64,000 bases of DNA from the human T2T-CHM13v2.0 reference genome, Homo sapiens: NCBI RefSeq assembly GCF_009914755.1, contig NC_060930.1; one strand, written 5' to 3'. Shown here piece after piece: positions 28,512-52,815 of this stretch; position 1 is the stretch's first letter, and each line of letters begins with the position of its first letter. The notes under the pieces were generated by a model. The model was given only the letters and a program-made list of their open reading frames with translations, ran no database searches and had not been told where the DNA came from. Made by a program: the position numbers and the translations under genes.

Positions 28512-29090
28512 TGAAATAATGGAAAGGATCAGAATCCAGTTTAAAAGCATTTATCCAAGTGAAAAGCTGAGAATGCCATTCAGATAACACAGACTCCAAA
28601 GGAATGGAGTTAGTGCTCCAAAGTTAAGATCTTGCATATACCAGCAGAAAACAAAGAAACTTAGTAGGATTATAACATTTTCTATACAAGGCTGGTTTAT
28701 GACTTACAACAATTTAATTAGTTACAATTTGTTTTCTTTTCCATACAGCTTGTTTTCTTTTCCTATTTAAAAGAGTGTATTTAACATTCCATCTTAGACA
28801 ATGTGATAGTCATGAAGTCTGTGTGAGAGAGGAAAGAGGGAAGTTACTCTATAATGAAGATCAACAGTTAAGAGAGAAGGAGTCTTCCCTGGTACCCTTT
28901 AGTCATTTATAACATTTTACAAAACAACATAGGTAAAGACAAAGGCTAATCTTAATCAGAAAAACAAAAGGTCACAGCTGCCTACTTTATAGCTGCCTGT
29001 TTACATGTGACTCAGATCCCATAATCAGATTCCCTTAAGGCTCAAAATGTTTTAAAGTTCCAACAGCTTAGATTTTTACTTGTTTTCACA
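28512..29090 (-). mobile_element. ERV1 solo LTR, LTR24-like, inserted in old L1M
   Basis: Reverse strand starts TGTGAAAACAAGTAAAAATCTAAGCTGTTGGAACTTTAAA; ends ...TTTCA. Confidence 0.65.
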
Positions 29091-29137
29091 AACATATCAC
29101 AGTGCATCCATCCTCTTAACTATTTAGGTTTTTTGTA

Positions 29138-29440
29138 GTTTTTTTTTTTTTTTTTGAGACAGAGTCTCATTGTGTCACCGAGGCTGGAGTAGTGTAGTGG
29201 TACAATCTTGGCTCACGGCAACCTCTGCCTTCTGGGTTTAAGCGATTCTCCTGCTTCAGCCTCCCAAGTAACTGGGATTATAGGCACCTGCCACCATACC
29301 TGGCTAATTTTTGTGTTTTTAATAGAGATGGGGTTTCACCATGTTGGCCAGCCTGGTCTTGAACTCCTGACCTCAAGTGATCCACCCGCCTTGGCCTCCC
29401 AAAGTGCTGAGATTACAGGCATGAGCCACCGCACTGGGCC
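29138..29440 (-). mobile_element. Alu (S-type)
   Basis: Full dimer. Confidence 0.95.
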
Positions 29441-30024
29441 TATTTCTAGCATTTGATATAGCAAACAAATGCTGTGTGCATGCTCCTTGGACACATATGT
29501 GATGATTTCTCCAGAATATATGCTCAGAAGTAGGGCTCTGAGTATGTTCATTTTCATTTTATTTGCTGCTGACAAATCGTGCTCCAGAGTGTCTGTGTCC
29601 ATTTATATCCCTACCAGGTATGTAGGAGAGTGCTCCTTCCTGCACTCTCCTTTCTTCACAACCCCCAGTGACACCTGATATTACCCAACTTTAAAATTTT
29701 TGCTCTAACTCTCTTTCATATTCCTGTTCTCCTCTCTTGTTTTGCATTTTCCTTTTCTTCCTCCTCCTTCTCTCTCTCTTCTCTCATGTTTCCTGCCTCT
29801 CTTCCCTCTCTTTCTCAGTTTTTTCTCTTCTTTGGTTTGCTCTTTTGCTTTGTAAAAATTTATAATTTGTTTTAATTTAACATTTATAATCTTTAAAATT
29901 TAATTTATAATTTATTTTATAACCTGATTCATAATGACGATTATGAAAATATCTGTCAGCAAATATACATTTATAAAATAACTGCCAACGACTGCAGTGG
30001 GTTGTACATTAGCGGCCAACCATC

Positions 30025-32740
<2,716 letters not shown>

Positions 32741-33247
32741 TTGCTTTTGTTTTCAGTGTCCATCTATCTGCCCCCCTCCTTTTTTGGTCTCAGAAGCTGA
32801 CTCTTTCCCTCATTAAAATATCAAGTCCATTTCATAGCTATAGATCAAAGCACTTCTTGTTGCTGTAAAGACTCCATCCACTTCCTTACTCTTCCTGCAA
32901 TCTTGCTCATAGAAAGTCCTTGAGCTTCTCTCCTCTTCACACACGTCAGAGGCAAGGCTGTCAGAGCTGCTTCCAGAACTGAGAGTGACAATTGTTTTTT
33001 AGGTAGGTAGGAGCCCAGCAGGCCTTAGGGCAGCAGGACCTGAGCCGGAGATTTAGTCAGGAGAATAGGAAACCTTTTGAGATGCAGTTCAGTAAAGCAC
33101 ACTACTATATGAAGTCACTCTGATGTAGAAGTTGCTTTAATATGTGGGAGTGGTGAATGGAATATGTCTAATTTTCTACCTTATAAGTAATAGTTGGCTT
33201 GTTGCTAAGGTTTTCATTAAGAAAGCACATTTTGAAATTTAGTAGCC

Positions 33248-33558
33248 TGGCCGGTCACCAGTGGCTCATGTCTGCAATCCCGGCACCCTGGGAGGTTGAG
33301 GTGGGTGGTTTGCTTGAACTCAGAAGTTTGAGACCAGCCTAGGAAACACGGCAAAACCGTGTCTCTACAAAACACACAAAAATTAGTCGGGTGCAGTGGT
33401 GTGCGCCTGTAGTCCCAGTTACTTGGGTGGCTGAGATGGGAGGCTTGAGCCTGGGAGGTTGAGGCTGCAGTGAGCTGTGATTGCATCATTGTAGTTAAGC
33501 TTGGGCAACAGAGCGAGATCCTGTCTCAAAATATATTAAATAATAAAATAAAAAAAAT
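33248..33558 (+). mobile_element. Alu (J-type)
   Basis: Diverged dimer with A tail. Confidence 0.9.
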
Positions 33559-35666
33559 AGTAATTCAGTAGCCTAAAGGGATTTTTGAATCACAAATTAT
33601 ATATGAGTTCTAGAGGGGAGAATTAATGTTCAGAATTAGTAGAGAAATGGGAAGTCATTGAAAAATAGAAATACAAACCAACAAAAGTGAAGAGAAAACA
33701 AGAAGATGAAAAGGTGGATTCCTCTGTAAGGACTTTAAGATTTTTATTGATTATTTTTCCATATTATAGTATGCTTCAAACCCAATTCTATTAAGAAATT
33801 GTAGTTGAAAACATTTTTGTTTAGACATGTTGGCTTTTTTAAAGTTATAACTTTCATAAATGTTTATAGAATATTTGTACCAGTATCATCTTTAACAGGT
33901 ACAAGACAAAAACCCTCAACAGTTACAAGACTAAAAATTACAGAACTAAAAAGAACAGTAGATCTTACAGAAGATCATCAAAACAAAGTGTGGCTGAAAC
34001 ACAAGCTCTAGAAACAGTTCTGAGATCAGGCTGCTAATTTTACCATTGGCCTGGTGGTTAAGTGGGGTGGGCAATTTTTGAATTTTCATATTCTTAGAGC
34101 CCAGAGGGGCCTTACTGATCAGAGGCTTATCACTCATGTTAATTTGCATTGGTTCTTCTTAGGTTTTAATATTAACCGCAAGCTCGGAGGCTATAATTAA
34201 GATGATAAGATGATTTAAATGTTAAGCATCATTAGATATTTAGCTTCTTTTTTTTTTTCAAGAAAAGCAAAAAAAAAGTGTCTGACCCCTTAAAGATGCC
34301 ATACTAGATTGGACCTGGAGGAAGTGTCAGACTTTTCCTCTCTAGGTTGGCTTTTATAAGCAAGGTGATGCAAATTAAGCACTGGCACAGCAACTGGCAC
34401 ATAGTTTATTTCATTATTGTTGTTATTACCATTATCTGTATGATAGACTTTTATATATATGAGTTTCTTAAGGAAAAATTATATATATTAAATATATGAT
34501 CTTTGATATTAGAAGTGATATTTATCTTTTTACGCCTTCTGTTTTTTCCTTTTTTAATCTTGAACTATATGTATAATTCGATAAAAGCAATTGAAAGACA
34601 AAGAACTCTTTAGAGAGAGCAAGGCCACAAGAAAGGATCCTGACTTTATTATGGACCAGGCAATTCGAGTAATTGGTCTCCTTCACAAGCCTATTTCTAT
34701 AGAGGAGATGGGCTTGTCCGGTGGTCACAGGTAGCTGGCACCAGCCATCAGAAACAACTGACAAACCCCCTCGTCACACCAACCCACTGATTCGGGTGAC
34801 TAAGTACCCTCCTTGCACTTCCTCCAGGCCAGGAGGGGAGGTCTGGACACTTGGCATGTAGGTAGTGGTATCCTCTCTCACTCAGTAGTGTCCTTAGAAC
34901 CCTGCACATGTGAAGCAGCTCCTTTGGGGCTGCCTGGCCTGAAAACATTCCTGTTGAACAGTCACTTTTCCTGTGAATTGTGTCTCTGGGTCTCATTTCC
35001 TCATCGTTAAATGAGAGGAAGACAGTGATGTCTGTTCCCCCTTTATACAGGCTTTCCAGGAATCAGCTGAGTGTATCTGATCTCTCTCACTTTGCCACAT
35101 TTATTAGTGATGTCCGGGGGTGGATTCCTAGAATCGCCAGATAGAAAGATGTCTTCGTAGGGCGCCCATCCAGCCCATCTTCAAGGAGGATTGCAACCAA
35201 ACAGGGAAGGCTGCCAGCGCTGATTCTTCCTCAGCTTCCTTGCATCACTTATTTATGGACCTAAAACCCAGTAATGCCTTCTATTCCACTCTAAATCTTT
35301 CCACTCTTAAACAGAATCCCTCTTGGGACTTCTTTCAGAAAAATCAGTTCCTTAGTCTTCTCTGGACTGTCTCCAGTTACTTCGTATTGTCTTGAATTGA
35401 AGTTGAGGAGCTCTGAACTCAGTGTTTCCTCCAATAGATACTAAGCAGTCTTGAGCAGAGGAAAAGGCAACTTGTATCCCTCAATGCCATGTAACAGTGA
35501 TGCTAGGCCACGGGAGCACTCTGTAGAGGGAAAGTAGGGGCTTCGATGGCTAAGAGAATTGAAAACAAGATTCTGCTCCACAGTTTGCCTGCTGGTGATC
35601 ACTGGCAAGGGGTTTACTTTGCCTCAGTTCTCAAAAGGTAAAAGAGGAATAATAATAATACTTCAT

Positions 35667-35969
<303 letters not shown>

Positions 35970-36639
35970 TCATAAGGTCATTATGAGGAGTAAGTGAGGT
36001 GGTATATAGAAAATGCTTGGTTTATCTTGTATATATTTTTTCATACAAAAGATGCTTACATACAAGACAATCACATCATCAAGTGTTCAATGGAAGAAAT
36101 GTGATCTTTTCCAACGCTGAAGAAAAAAGTGACTATCGTGAACTTACTGAAAAACAGAACTGTCCTGTATTCTAAGGGATTTTCAGGGGTAATTTTAACT
36201 GTCTTTAATTTTTGCCTGAAATGCTGGGCCTAGCTCCACGATAAACTGCAATTCCCCTGGGTAAGAGTTTGCCTTACTATTTTACAGTTCTCTGCAGCTT
36301 ACAAAGCAGTTCCTATAATCTTTTTTCTTTTTTTAAGTTTAGTGATTTTGGAACCATTGCCCCAAAGATAAATAACGTTTATAGGCCTCAAGGAAAGAGA
36401 ACTTGATTTAGAAGTATCTCCTTCAATCACTGGAAATCCCTATGAAATAGAAAAAATCCAGCAAAACATATATGAGCAGTGTTTGAAGTAGTCAATGTAT
36501 GAGATAAAAGGTACATCCCCAGATTTTTAAAACAAAGAAAAAAATGTGTTGCAAATGGGCAAGTTTCTTTAGATCTAATAAGAAACAGATGAAGAAAAAA
36601 ACCTAAAACCTTAGGATATTTTCCATATGCTCAATAAGG

Positions 36640-36870
36640 TAGATAACAACCGCTTATAATCAGGCACCATTCTAAGCAGTTTACATGTATTAAGGCATTT
36701 AATCCTCCTGTGAACTTATAAGCAGGTATTGTTTCCATTCGCCTTTTCTGGATAAGGAAGCTCAGGCATAGAAAGATTGATTTCCCCAAGGTTTCACAGC
36801 AGCACATGTGGCAGAGCTGGATTCCTACTCAGGCAGCAGGCTCTGAGAAGCCACACCTTTCACCACTGTA
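36640..36870 (-). mobile_element. MIR
   Basis: CAGGCACCATTCTAAGC...CATTTAATCCTC...GGAAGCTCAGGCATAGA...GGCAGAGCTGGATTC. Confidence 0.8.
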
Positions 36871-36985
36871 CCATGTTGCTCTTCTGGAGTGTTGCTGGTT
36901 GGGAACTTCTAGCACAGGCCTGTCTTTATCCTAAAGTAGGAAGCAGTATAGCACAGTAGTTAAATACACATTTGGGGGTTATCTG

Positions 36986-37067
36986 TTAGGTTGGGGCAAA
37001 AGTAATCGCAGTTTTTTTGACATTAAAAGTAATGCCAAAAAGCGGGATTACTTTTGCCCCAACCTGA
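36986..37067. mobile_element. MADE1 (Hsmar1-derived MITE), palindromic, inserted in a MIR
   Basis: TTAGGTTGGGGCAAAAGTAAT...ATTACTTTTGCCCCAACCT inverted repeats, about 80 bp. Confidence 0.92.
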
Positions 37068-37557
37068 ATCAATAATTTTTCTTTTTACCCCTGGCTCCAC
37101 CACTTGATGGAGAATCAGGGAAGGGCAATTTGATGAATTTCCTTGCTCCTTCCATCTCAAATCCTGGCTGGTAAAGAAATTGAAGTCTAAAGGATTAAGA
37201 TATTTAAAATAGAAATCATGTTCTGTACCCAAACACTGAGTTGTTTTGCCACCTTCTGAGTCAGCTTGATTCAGAAAGCTTCCTGTACATCAGCTGTTTC
37301 AGATCACTAAGTGGTGTTTTTTTTTTTAAATGCAATCTACTAATGCAATGAATAAGGCGTGTGAATTATGGAGAAAATGAATTTGTGTATTAACATTAAC
37401 TTAAATAAGATAAATTCTCACTATTTCCTCTGACTCAGTGCAAAATCTTTACTATCACCTAAAGTATAATTATTATATTCATTTAATAGTTAGGCAGCTA
37501 GTAGGAGTAGCTACCATTTGTTGAGCACTTACTTTGAATTAGGAGCTTTACTTAAAA

Positions 37558-38471
<914 letters not shown>

Positions 38472-38891
38472 TTAAACTATCTTGTTCAATTTCTTAGCGA
38501 GGTTGGTTGATGAGAAATTGACACATAGAGCAGTCTCCAGCATCTAGCTTCAGTTCCCAGTAGAATCTAAAGTGATAGAGGCAGTGTTAAAACTGAGTCA
38601 TCCTGATGCCCATGTGTGAGTATTTAACCACAATCCTCTACTGATTCCCAAAGTATAAAGACAAGGCTATATTTACAGCTTCTGACTTGCCACAGCACAG
38701 CTTTAAAAGTCAGTATCTGTCTTATAGCTATTTTGTTACAAAATGTGCATAGTTGTTGATCCCTGAGTATGCTGCATCCCTAGATTACTCTCCGATGTGG
38801 CAGATTCCAAACTCTGATCCTCACTAACAAATCTTCAAACTGAAAAAATAAGAGGCTTATTTATGGCTCTCTCAAAAACTAGTATCCAAAG

Positions 38892-39332
38892 TGATATGGC
38901 TTGGATATTAATGCCTTCCAGTTCTCGTGTTGAACTGGAATGAAATGTGATCACCAGTGTTGGAGGTGGAGCCTGGTGTTTGGGTCATGGGGATGGATCC
39001 TTCATGAATGACTTGGTGCCCTCCCCTTGGTGATGAGCAAGTTCTCACTCTGCTAGTTCACGTGAGAGCTGGTTGTTTAAAAAGTCTGGGACCTCTCTCC
39101 CTCCCTCTCTATTGCTCCATCTCTCATCATGTGAAACACCTGTGACCCCCTTTGCCTTCTGTCATGATTGTAAGCTTCCTGAGGCCGTCATAGAAGCATT
39201 AGCTTTATGCTTCTGTATGCACTATGCTTCTTGTACAATCTGCAGAACTGTGAGCCAAAATAAACCTCTTTTATTCATAAATTACCCAATCTTCAGGTAT
39301 TTCTTTATAGCAATGCAAAACAGACTAATACA
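38892..39332 (+). mobile_element. MSTB-type MaLR solo LTR
   Basis: TGATATGG...CAGACTAATACA; perfect 5-bp TSD CAAAG. Confidence 0.92.
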
Positions 39333-40962
39333 CAAAGGAAGGAAAATCGATGGGTACACTTCTTCAAATGTGGACAGAAGATTAGCCCTTATGAACTCAA
39401 TCTCTGACTCTGAGTTATTTCACAGTAGCAAGGGCAAAAAAAATCTTGGTTGTGTTAATCACATTTCAATGAAACACCAAGTTTTATAGAAATCATCCCC
39501 AGATTGTTGTTTGGTTTCTGGCACATTAATACAACTAATTCATCAGCAGAATGAGCAAGCCATTCTTGCAACAGAGCCAACCTTCCTTTAATGAAACAGA
39601 GCTACCACAAGCTGTTCTCTGGAATCTGGGAAAGGACTATATTAGCCTACGCTATGCATGTTTTGCTTTTGGATTCAGTTGGCCACTGACAAGTATGTGA
39701 TTGTAGTCAATGTTTAATGCAACAGGAAAACAAGTTACAGGACATCAGTTCCAGGTTCTTACTGGTTTATCTTTCAAGTATGCTTTTTCTAAGTTACCTA
39801 AACAACACATATAATATACATACATTTGCATAGACACATACCATTTCAGGACATATGAATTTCTTCATTGTGTGACCTTCTGTTCACTAACTAAAATGGG
39901 TGAGAGAAGAAAACAAAAATGAACCAATTTACAGTGGAAATGGGAACCAAAGCAACTAATCTTAAGTTTGAACAGCTCCTACTTCCTCTCCATCTCAGAG
40001 GCACAGAAACAAATGGGTCAGATCTGGTTGCCATGTGTGTAGACAGCCAGTAGCAATTCTCTGCCAGCACTCAGCTGACAAAGTAGACCTAGAGAACAGA
40101 GATGGGTGGAAAGGGGTGGGAAGAGAGGTTGTTTCTCTCTCCAGTTTTTCAGAAAACACTAATGACCTGTTGAGAAAGAAAACAGAGCTTGTCAACATGT
40201 ATGTGGCCCTACGACACACTTCAAGTAAGATATATGTGATAGCCAGGTACATTTTATAAAGTGTATCTGGTGCATGATTCTCCTGATAAACTGAGATTTT
40301 TGGCTTAAAGAGTAAATTGATCTTGGGGCTAAAGCGGGGCTGAGGAGGTCCTCTGTGGAAGCTATCATAACATTTCTGAGCTACAAGGATATATGATCAG
40401 CTCCTATGATCTAGAGTTGGCAAAATTGTGCACGTGTATTCAGGGTGGGATGAGAGAATGTGGCCAGAATCACAACAGGAGGAAATGAAAAGTAGAGCTG
40501 TCACAGTGGTGGGAAGGAGAGAAGTGGCCCTAAGGACGTCAGTATATTCAAATGTTAAATTATCCTTTAGCTGCTCCTGGGTGTAAAACTCTTGAGTTAA
40601 TCCACTTTATACCACATAGAAAAACAAATATCTACCAGACAAAGGAGAAGTCATAAAAATTCATCTGAACAGCTCAAAAACAGTATGTATGGACTACTTC
40701 TTACTTGGGGCTTTAAAAAAAATCTTCCCAGTATGGCTGGTTATTGAACTCCATTGGAATTCATTCCAAAAATCTCTTTTGTTTCTTGAGCTGCACAGAG
40801 AAATCAATTTAAATTACAAACTGGAATGTTAAATACCAACCTCAAATTTAACTGCAATAATTCCATATCCCTGTGAAATATAATATTCACTCTTTTATTT
40901 TGTCTTGAAGATGGAAGGGCAAAGGAAGGAGAAATAAAAAGTTCTCTCTCAAGTTTCTCTTA

Positions 40963-41313
<351 letters not shown>

Positions 41314-41343
41314 CTATGTAAAGATTGAACATGGAAGAAGATA

Positions 41344-45463
<4,120 letters not shown>

Positions 45464-46484
45464 TACCTTAAATTGAATAAGGCCACAGAGAATAATCCCC
45501 ATTATTTTATGCCCTTTAGTAATGATATAGCACCTGCCCATGCGTTCCCACCACTCTCCTCATGGTGACAGTTCATGCCAAAATAATCTGAGTAACATGT
45601 CCCTGCAGAGACAGCCGTGGCATGAGTGGCAGCAAGCCAGGGCTTTTCATGTGCTCTTTTGACCTCAGCCTCTTTATTCCATTCTGGGCAGACCCAACTA
45701 GCCGAGAGTAAAGAGACAGAAAGAAAGCAGAGAGCCTCTCCATCGGCCCGTGGTGGTGGACTGGGTGAGGGAAGGAGCCTCCTCCTCAACTCAAAGAAAC
45801 TTCTTTCAAAAGATAAGAACTTCAGCACCATAGGAAAGTTAAAAAAGAAAAAGAAAAAAAAAGAAAAATCAAAAGAAGAGAACTGTCTGCTTTCTACGTG
45901 GGGCAGAGATGTAAGCACAATTAGACATCCAATTTACAAGGCTTTACTTTCATCATCTCCTTTAAGTCTCCGCATAAGCCAGTGAAGAAGGTGGGAGCTG
46001 GCATAATGTAATACTTAACCTTTCCATTTATGGACAGTAAGCTGTGGGCCAGGTCCTCTAGCAGGATCACGAATATAAAGGTAATACAGTGAGGTCCCGG
46101 TTCTGAAGGGAGTGACATGCATTGTAGTGGGTATGTAGCAGGGAAATCGAGACAGGAAATTGTACATGGAATTGCTGTGAGTGTTAGTGTCTATTTTCAG
46201 AAGAGGCCGAGTTTGCATTAAAGGACTTAAGAATTTGGTCTTGGCAAGAAGATGGGAGATTCTGACATTTTTCATGCTGTTAAAATTCTTTGCTAGATGA
46301 TGTTTTAGCAATTGGCATAAATAATTTCTTCATATTCACTTCATTCTAAAAAGTATTTGAAATATCTTCAAAGGTAAAATTGCCAAGTATTTCCCTGGAA
46401 ACATAGATATGGGAAGTATCCAAATTATCTAAGAAGTTGTATCAAGTTTATATTGTCAATGCTGAGTTTATGTGTGTATGTATG

Positions 46485-47085
46485 TATGTATTTATTACTT
46501 GAGACAGGATCTTGCTGTATTGCCCAGGCTGGGGTGTAGTCATTGAGCATGATCATAGCTCAATACAGCCTTGAACTCCTGGGGTGATCCTCCTGCCTAA
46601 TCCTTCCAAGTAGCTAGGACTACAGGCATGTGATTTTTGTATTTTTTGTAGAGACAGGGTCTTGCTATGTTACCCAGGCTGGTCTGGAACTCCTGGCCTC
46701 AAGCAATCCTCCTGCCCTGGTGTCCCAAAGTGCTAGGATTCCAGGTATGAGCCACCTCACCTGGCTCCTGAATTCACTTTTTAATCTTTTTTTTTTTTTT
46801 TTGAGACAGAGTCTCACTCTGTTGCCCAAGCTGGAGTGCAGTGGCATGATGTCGGCTCACTGCAACCTCATCCTCCCAGGTTCAAGTGATCCTCCTGCCT
46901 CAGCCTCCTGAGTAGCTGGGACTACAGGTGCACACCACCACACCTGGCTAATATTTGTATTTTTAATAGAGACGGGGTTTCACCATGTTGGCCAGCTTGA
47001 TCTCAAACTCCTGACCTCAACTGATCTGCCCACCTTGGCCTTCCAAAATGCTGGGATTACAGGCATGAGCCACCATGCCCAGCCC
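46485..47085 (-). mobile_element. Two tandem Alus (46485-46765, 46786-47085)
   Basis: Two dimers with T tails. Confidence 0.92.
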
Positions 47086-47439
47086 ACTTTTTAATTTTTA
47101 AAATTAACTATTAAGTAGATCAAAAGTATACTTATAAAATATATGTAAGTCTTGGTTCTCATTGCTGGGAACCTTAAAAAATTCTGTTATGAACAATTTC
47201 AAACTTATACAAAAATGAAGAGGGTGAAATAATGAACACCTCTACCTATCACTCAGCTCCATCAATTATGGCCAGCCTTGTCATAATTACGATTATAATT
47301 TCCTAGGAGTGTGTCTATAACTTGACAAAACTGACTCAAAAACAAATGAAATACCTAAACACTCCTAAATAAATTGAATTCATGATAAAAAACCTTCCTA
47401 CGTTGTTGATCAGAGTATATATTAATAATTACACTCCTA

Positions 47440-47800
47440 ATACTATGCAGCTATAAAAAGGAATAAGATCATGTTCTTCGCATGGACATGGATGAAGCTG
47501 GAAGCAAACTAACACAGGAACAGAAAGCCACAACACATGTTCTCACTTTTAAGTAGGAGCTGAAAAATGAGATCACATGAACACAGGGAGGGAAACAACA
47601 CTCACTGGGGCCTGTTGGGGGGTCGAGTTGGGGGAGGGAGTGTATTAGGAAAAATAGCTAATGCATGTCGGGCTTAATACCTAGGTGATGGGTTGATAGG
47701 TGCAGCAAATCACCATGGCACATGTTTACCTGTGTAACAAACCTGCACATCCTGCACATGAACCTCAGAACTCAAAATTAAAATTAAAATTAAAAAAAAT
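47440..47800 (+). mobile_element. Older L1PA 3' end within L1M remnants
   Basis: CATGGATGAAGCTGGAAG, GGTGATGGGTTGATAGGTGCAGCAAATCACCATGGCACATG. Confidence 0.85.
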
Positions 47801-48220
47801 AATTCCACTCCTCGATTTATCATTTGACCATGTGCAAGATATATTGTCTAGGTACATAACACAGGAGGAATGCACATTGAAAAGACAAACTGTATGCTTT
47901 TAAGTTCCATTCAAAGTCCTCAAAAGTATCTGAATGATTGCAAAATGACTCCCACATATCTGCCAAAAAGACATAGAAGTATTCATAGCAGCATTTTTCC
48001 TAACTGTCAAAAATTGAAAACAACAACAACACATATCTATTAATGGTAGGATAGGTAAATTGTGGAATACCATATAACAATGAAAATGAACAAACTATAA
48101 CCATATCCATAAATCCTCATAAATACAGAGATCATCAAATGAAAGAAGCTCAATATAGTAATATGTAAATCTGTGCAACTGCACTTATATGAGGTTCAGT
48201 AACAGACACAACTAATTTAT

Positions 48221-48565
48221 TGTCACTTTGATTTAAATGTGTTCCCCTAAAGTTGATGTGTTAGAAAGTTATTCCCTTTGCCCTCATGAATGGATTAACG
48301 GATTATTGAAGGCTCTGCCCTCATAAATGGATTAATGTCACTGTCACAGGAGTGAGTTTGTTAGTGTGGGAGTGGCTTTGTTATAAAGGCGAGCTCTCTT
48401 TGGCTCCCTTGTTCTTGCCCTCCTGTCACGGGCTGACCCTCGCCAGATGCTGATGCCATACTCTTGGACTTCCCAACCTCCAAAACTGTAAGAAGTACAT
48501 TTCTTTTCTTTATAAGTTATCCTGTCTGTTGTATTATGTTATAGAAACAGAAAACAGACTAAGAC
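48221..48565 (+). mobile_element. MSTC/MSTD-type MaLR LTR inserted in L1ME 3' end
   Basis: GCCCTCATGAATGGATTAA, CTTGGACTTCCCAACCTCCAAAACTGTAAGA...CAGACTAAGACA. Confidence 0.8.
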
Positions 48566-49192
48566 AATTGTGTTAGGAGTCAAGGTGACTGTTACCCTTG
48601 AGAGATTAGTGACAGCGAATGGGCACAAGGGAACTTCAGGGGATCTGGTCGTGTTCTATTTTTCTTTTTTATCTGAAAGCTTATACATATGTGTGTTCAT
48701 TTTGTGAAAATTCGTTGAACTGTATCCTTTATGTGTGTACTTTCTGTATATATACTTCAATAAAATTTTATATTACAAAAAATTAAAGTGAAATATAATA
48801 GCCACAAAATTTAAGTAAATAAAGAAAAGATCTACCTGATGCTGCTCTTATTTTTTTTAAAAAAGGTTTGTGCTAACAGAAAGTGTTAACAGAATGAAAC
48901 TGTAGCCTTTTAATAACTTTTTCCAGAAAGCTAATGGTCTTAATCTTGAGAAATGGGAATAGGGAAATGAAGATACTTATTCTTCTAAGGGTAGGAAAAC
49001 ACTCCTTCCCTTTAAGATATACTGTAGGATTATGAAGCACACTGTGCCCTTTAGGCCATCAGAAGTCTGACCCATATAGTAATTAATCCTATTCTCTGAC
49101 AGTTGTCTTCATTGACTGTCCACTCTAAGCCTGTTTCTCCATCTGTAGAAAGGAAAGTCATACCTACCACCCTGCCTGGCAGCTGGTAGGTG

Positions 49193-49812
<620 letters not shown>

Positions 49813-51228
49813 GGTGATCTTTTGATTATTAATAATGTTATTGGAATATTATCAAACATCATTTGGTTCTAGTTTGTTTTTATTTAATTTCTGCAAATAA
49901 TTTCATCTGAGCACATCTATTTTCCTGGGAACCCTAAATTATTCCTCTGCATCTACCACAAAGAAAAATCTAGGTGGCTTCCATTCCTTGCCTTTGGTCT
50001 CTCTGTACATTTTTTGTTGTTTTTCCTAGTAAAGCATCATCATCTTACTAAGAAATACAGTGGGTCATTTGATTCAAGAGCTATGGTTTGTCTTGTGCTA
50101 GAGAAAAATTCCAAGTTCTCTAAGGAAGCATTTCACGTCTGCTTACTCACCAAGACTTGTCTGTAGATTCTTGAATTCCTTTAAAGAATAGTTCAGTTCT
50201 ACATTTTAATTTATGTCCTTACTTTAAACACAGATTATCCATTATTCTGCTGTTTGTCAGGATTCCTTCATTTTTCATTTTAACCTCATTTTCTGCATCA
50301 TAGGTTTTCATTCTGAGATGGAGATCAATCATGCTGTCCCAACCTGTTTGTACAGTATTAATCATCCAGTTCTCTCCAATGGGCTTTTCATATGGTTGCC
50401 TGTTTTACATCTGTTCATTCCTTTCTCATACAAGATACACAGCCTACTCCTATTTTCTATTTAAAAATCTGATGTAAAATAGTGTATTTTTCCCCACGAC
50501 ATTTTCATTGGCTGAAGACTTATCAGAAACTATTTGGATTAAGGAGGCGCTATCATTTTTATTTATGTTATGTCTTTGTGTTTCATGGTATCTCATCCCC
50601 AACTGCTAAAAGAAAGCAGAGCCTACAGTGACCTCTTGAACTGATTCCCACAAGCCTTCTTTCTCAGAGTAGGCAGGTCTCACATTTCCGCAGGGCAGAG
50701 ATCACGTGATTTCATTTATCAGCTAATCCATAGATATAGCTAGTGATTCTTTTGTTATATAGGATATAGAGATGAATTTATCTGTGGGGCAAATAAAAAA
50801 CACTGAACAAAAGTTTTATACTTTTAAGACAGCAGAGTGGAAGAAACTTATTCCTAAAAATATTGTTTTCTGAAGACTCAGTCATTCCTGAAGTGAACAT
50901 AAAATCTTTTACTTTAAAATCAGAGTTAAGATAGCAACTATTAATAATTTATATAGACATTCTGCCACTGCCAGTTACTTTAGTCGTATCATAATAACCA
51001 TGGTATCATTGATATAATCTAATATTCCTTTGTATTTGAGGTTATGTTAATGACAGTGGCCTTTCCTGTGTTTTTGAAGATAGATAGGAGACTGCTGAAT
51101 TTTTTTCCCCAGACAAGCATTTGAAGGCTATTATTGGTAGATTTCAAGACTATGGTTTCTGCTTTCATTTGGTAGACAATGGAATGGAATAAAATATACT
51201 TGCAAGTACTCCCAAACAGTATATCTGC

Positions 51229-51570
<342 letters not shown>

Positions 51571-51898
51571 TAATTTTCCCTATTCTTTCTCTTTCCCTGG
51601 TTCTTCAGCTTTCCTTTTCAATGCCAGTGTTGCCTAGGGTTCCATCTTTGGTCCTTTTCTTACTGTTACACACTCTCCTTGTGCCTGTGGTCATCACTAG
51701 CACCCATACTCCTTGGCTCCCACATCTTCATCTCTAATGAAAGCCCCTCTTCTAAGCCTCCTTTTTCTCTGTATGCAACTGCTGGTTTGCCTTGAAGGTG
51801 TTTCCCCTCAGATCTCACTACTAAAACAGGTGATTCTTGGAAGCATTGACTTGCTTTTAACCTAGAATCTCAGTGAACCATGTGTTTGACTGTGTTTC

Positions 51899-52815
<917 letters not shown>

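Noticed and set aside
45821-45840. TTCAGCACCA resembling the REST/RE1 left half (also GGACAGCACC at 25517)
   Set aside because: Only half-sites; the partner half is absent or mis-spaced.
45502-45985. Overlapping 138-aa and 119-aa ORFs
   Set aside because: Low-complexity poly-K/poly-F from an A-rich tract; no recognisable domain or splice structure.
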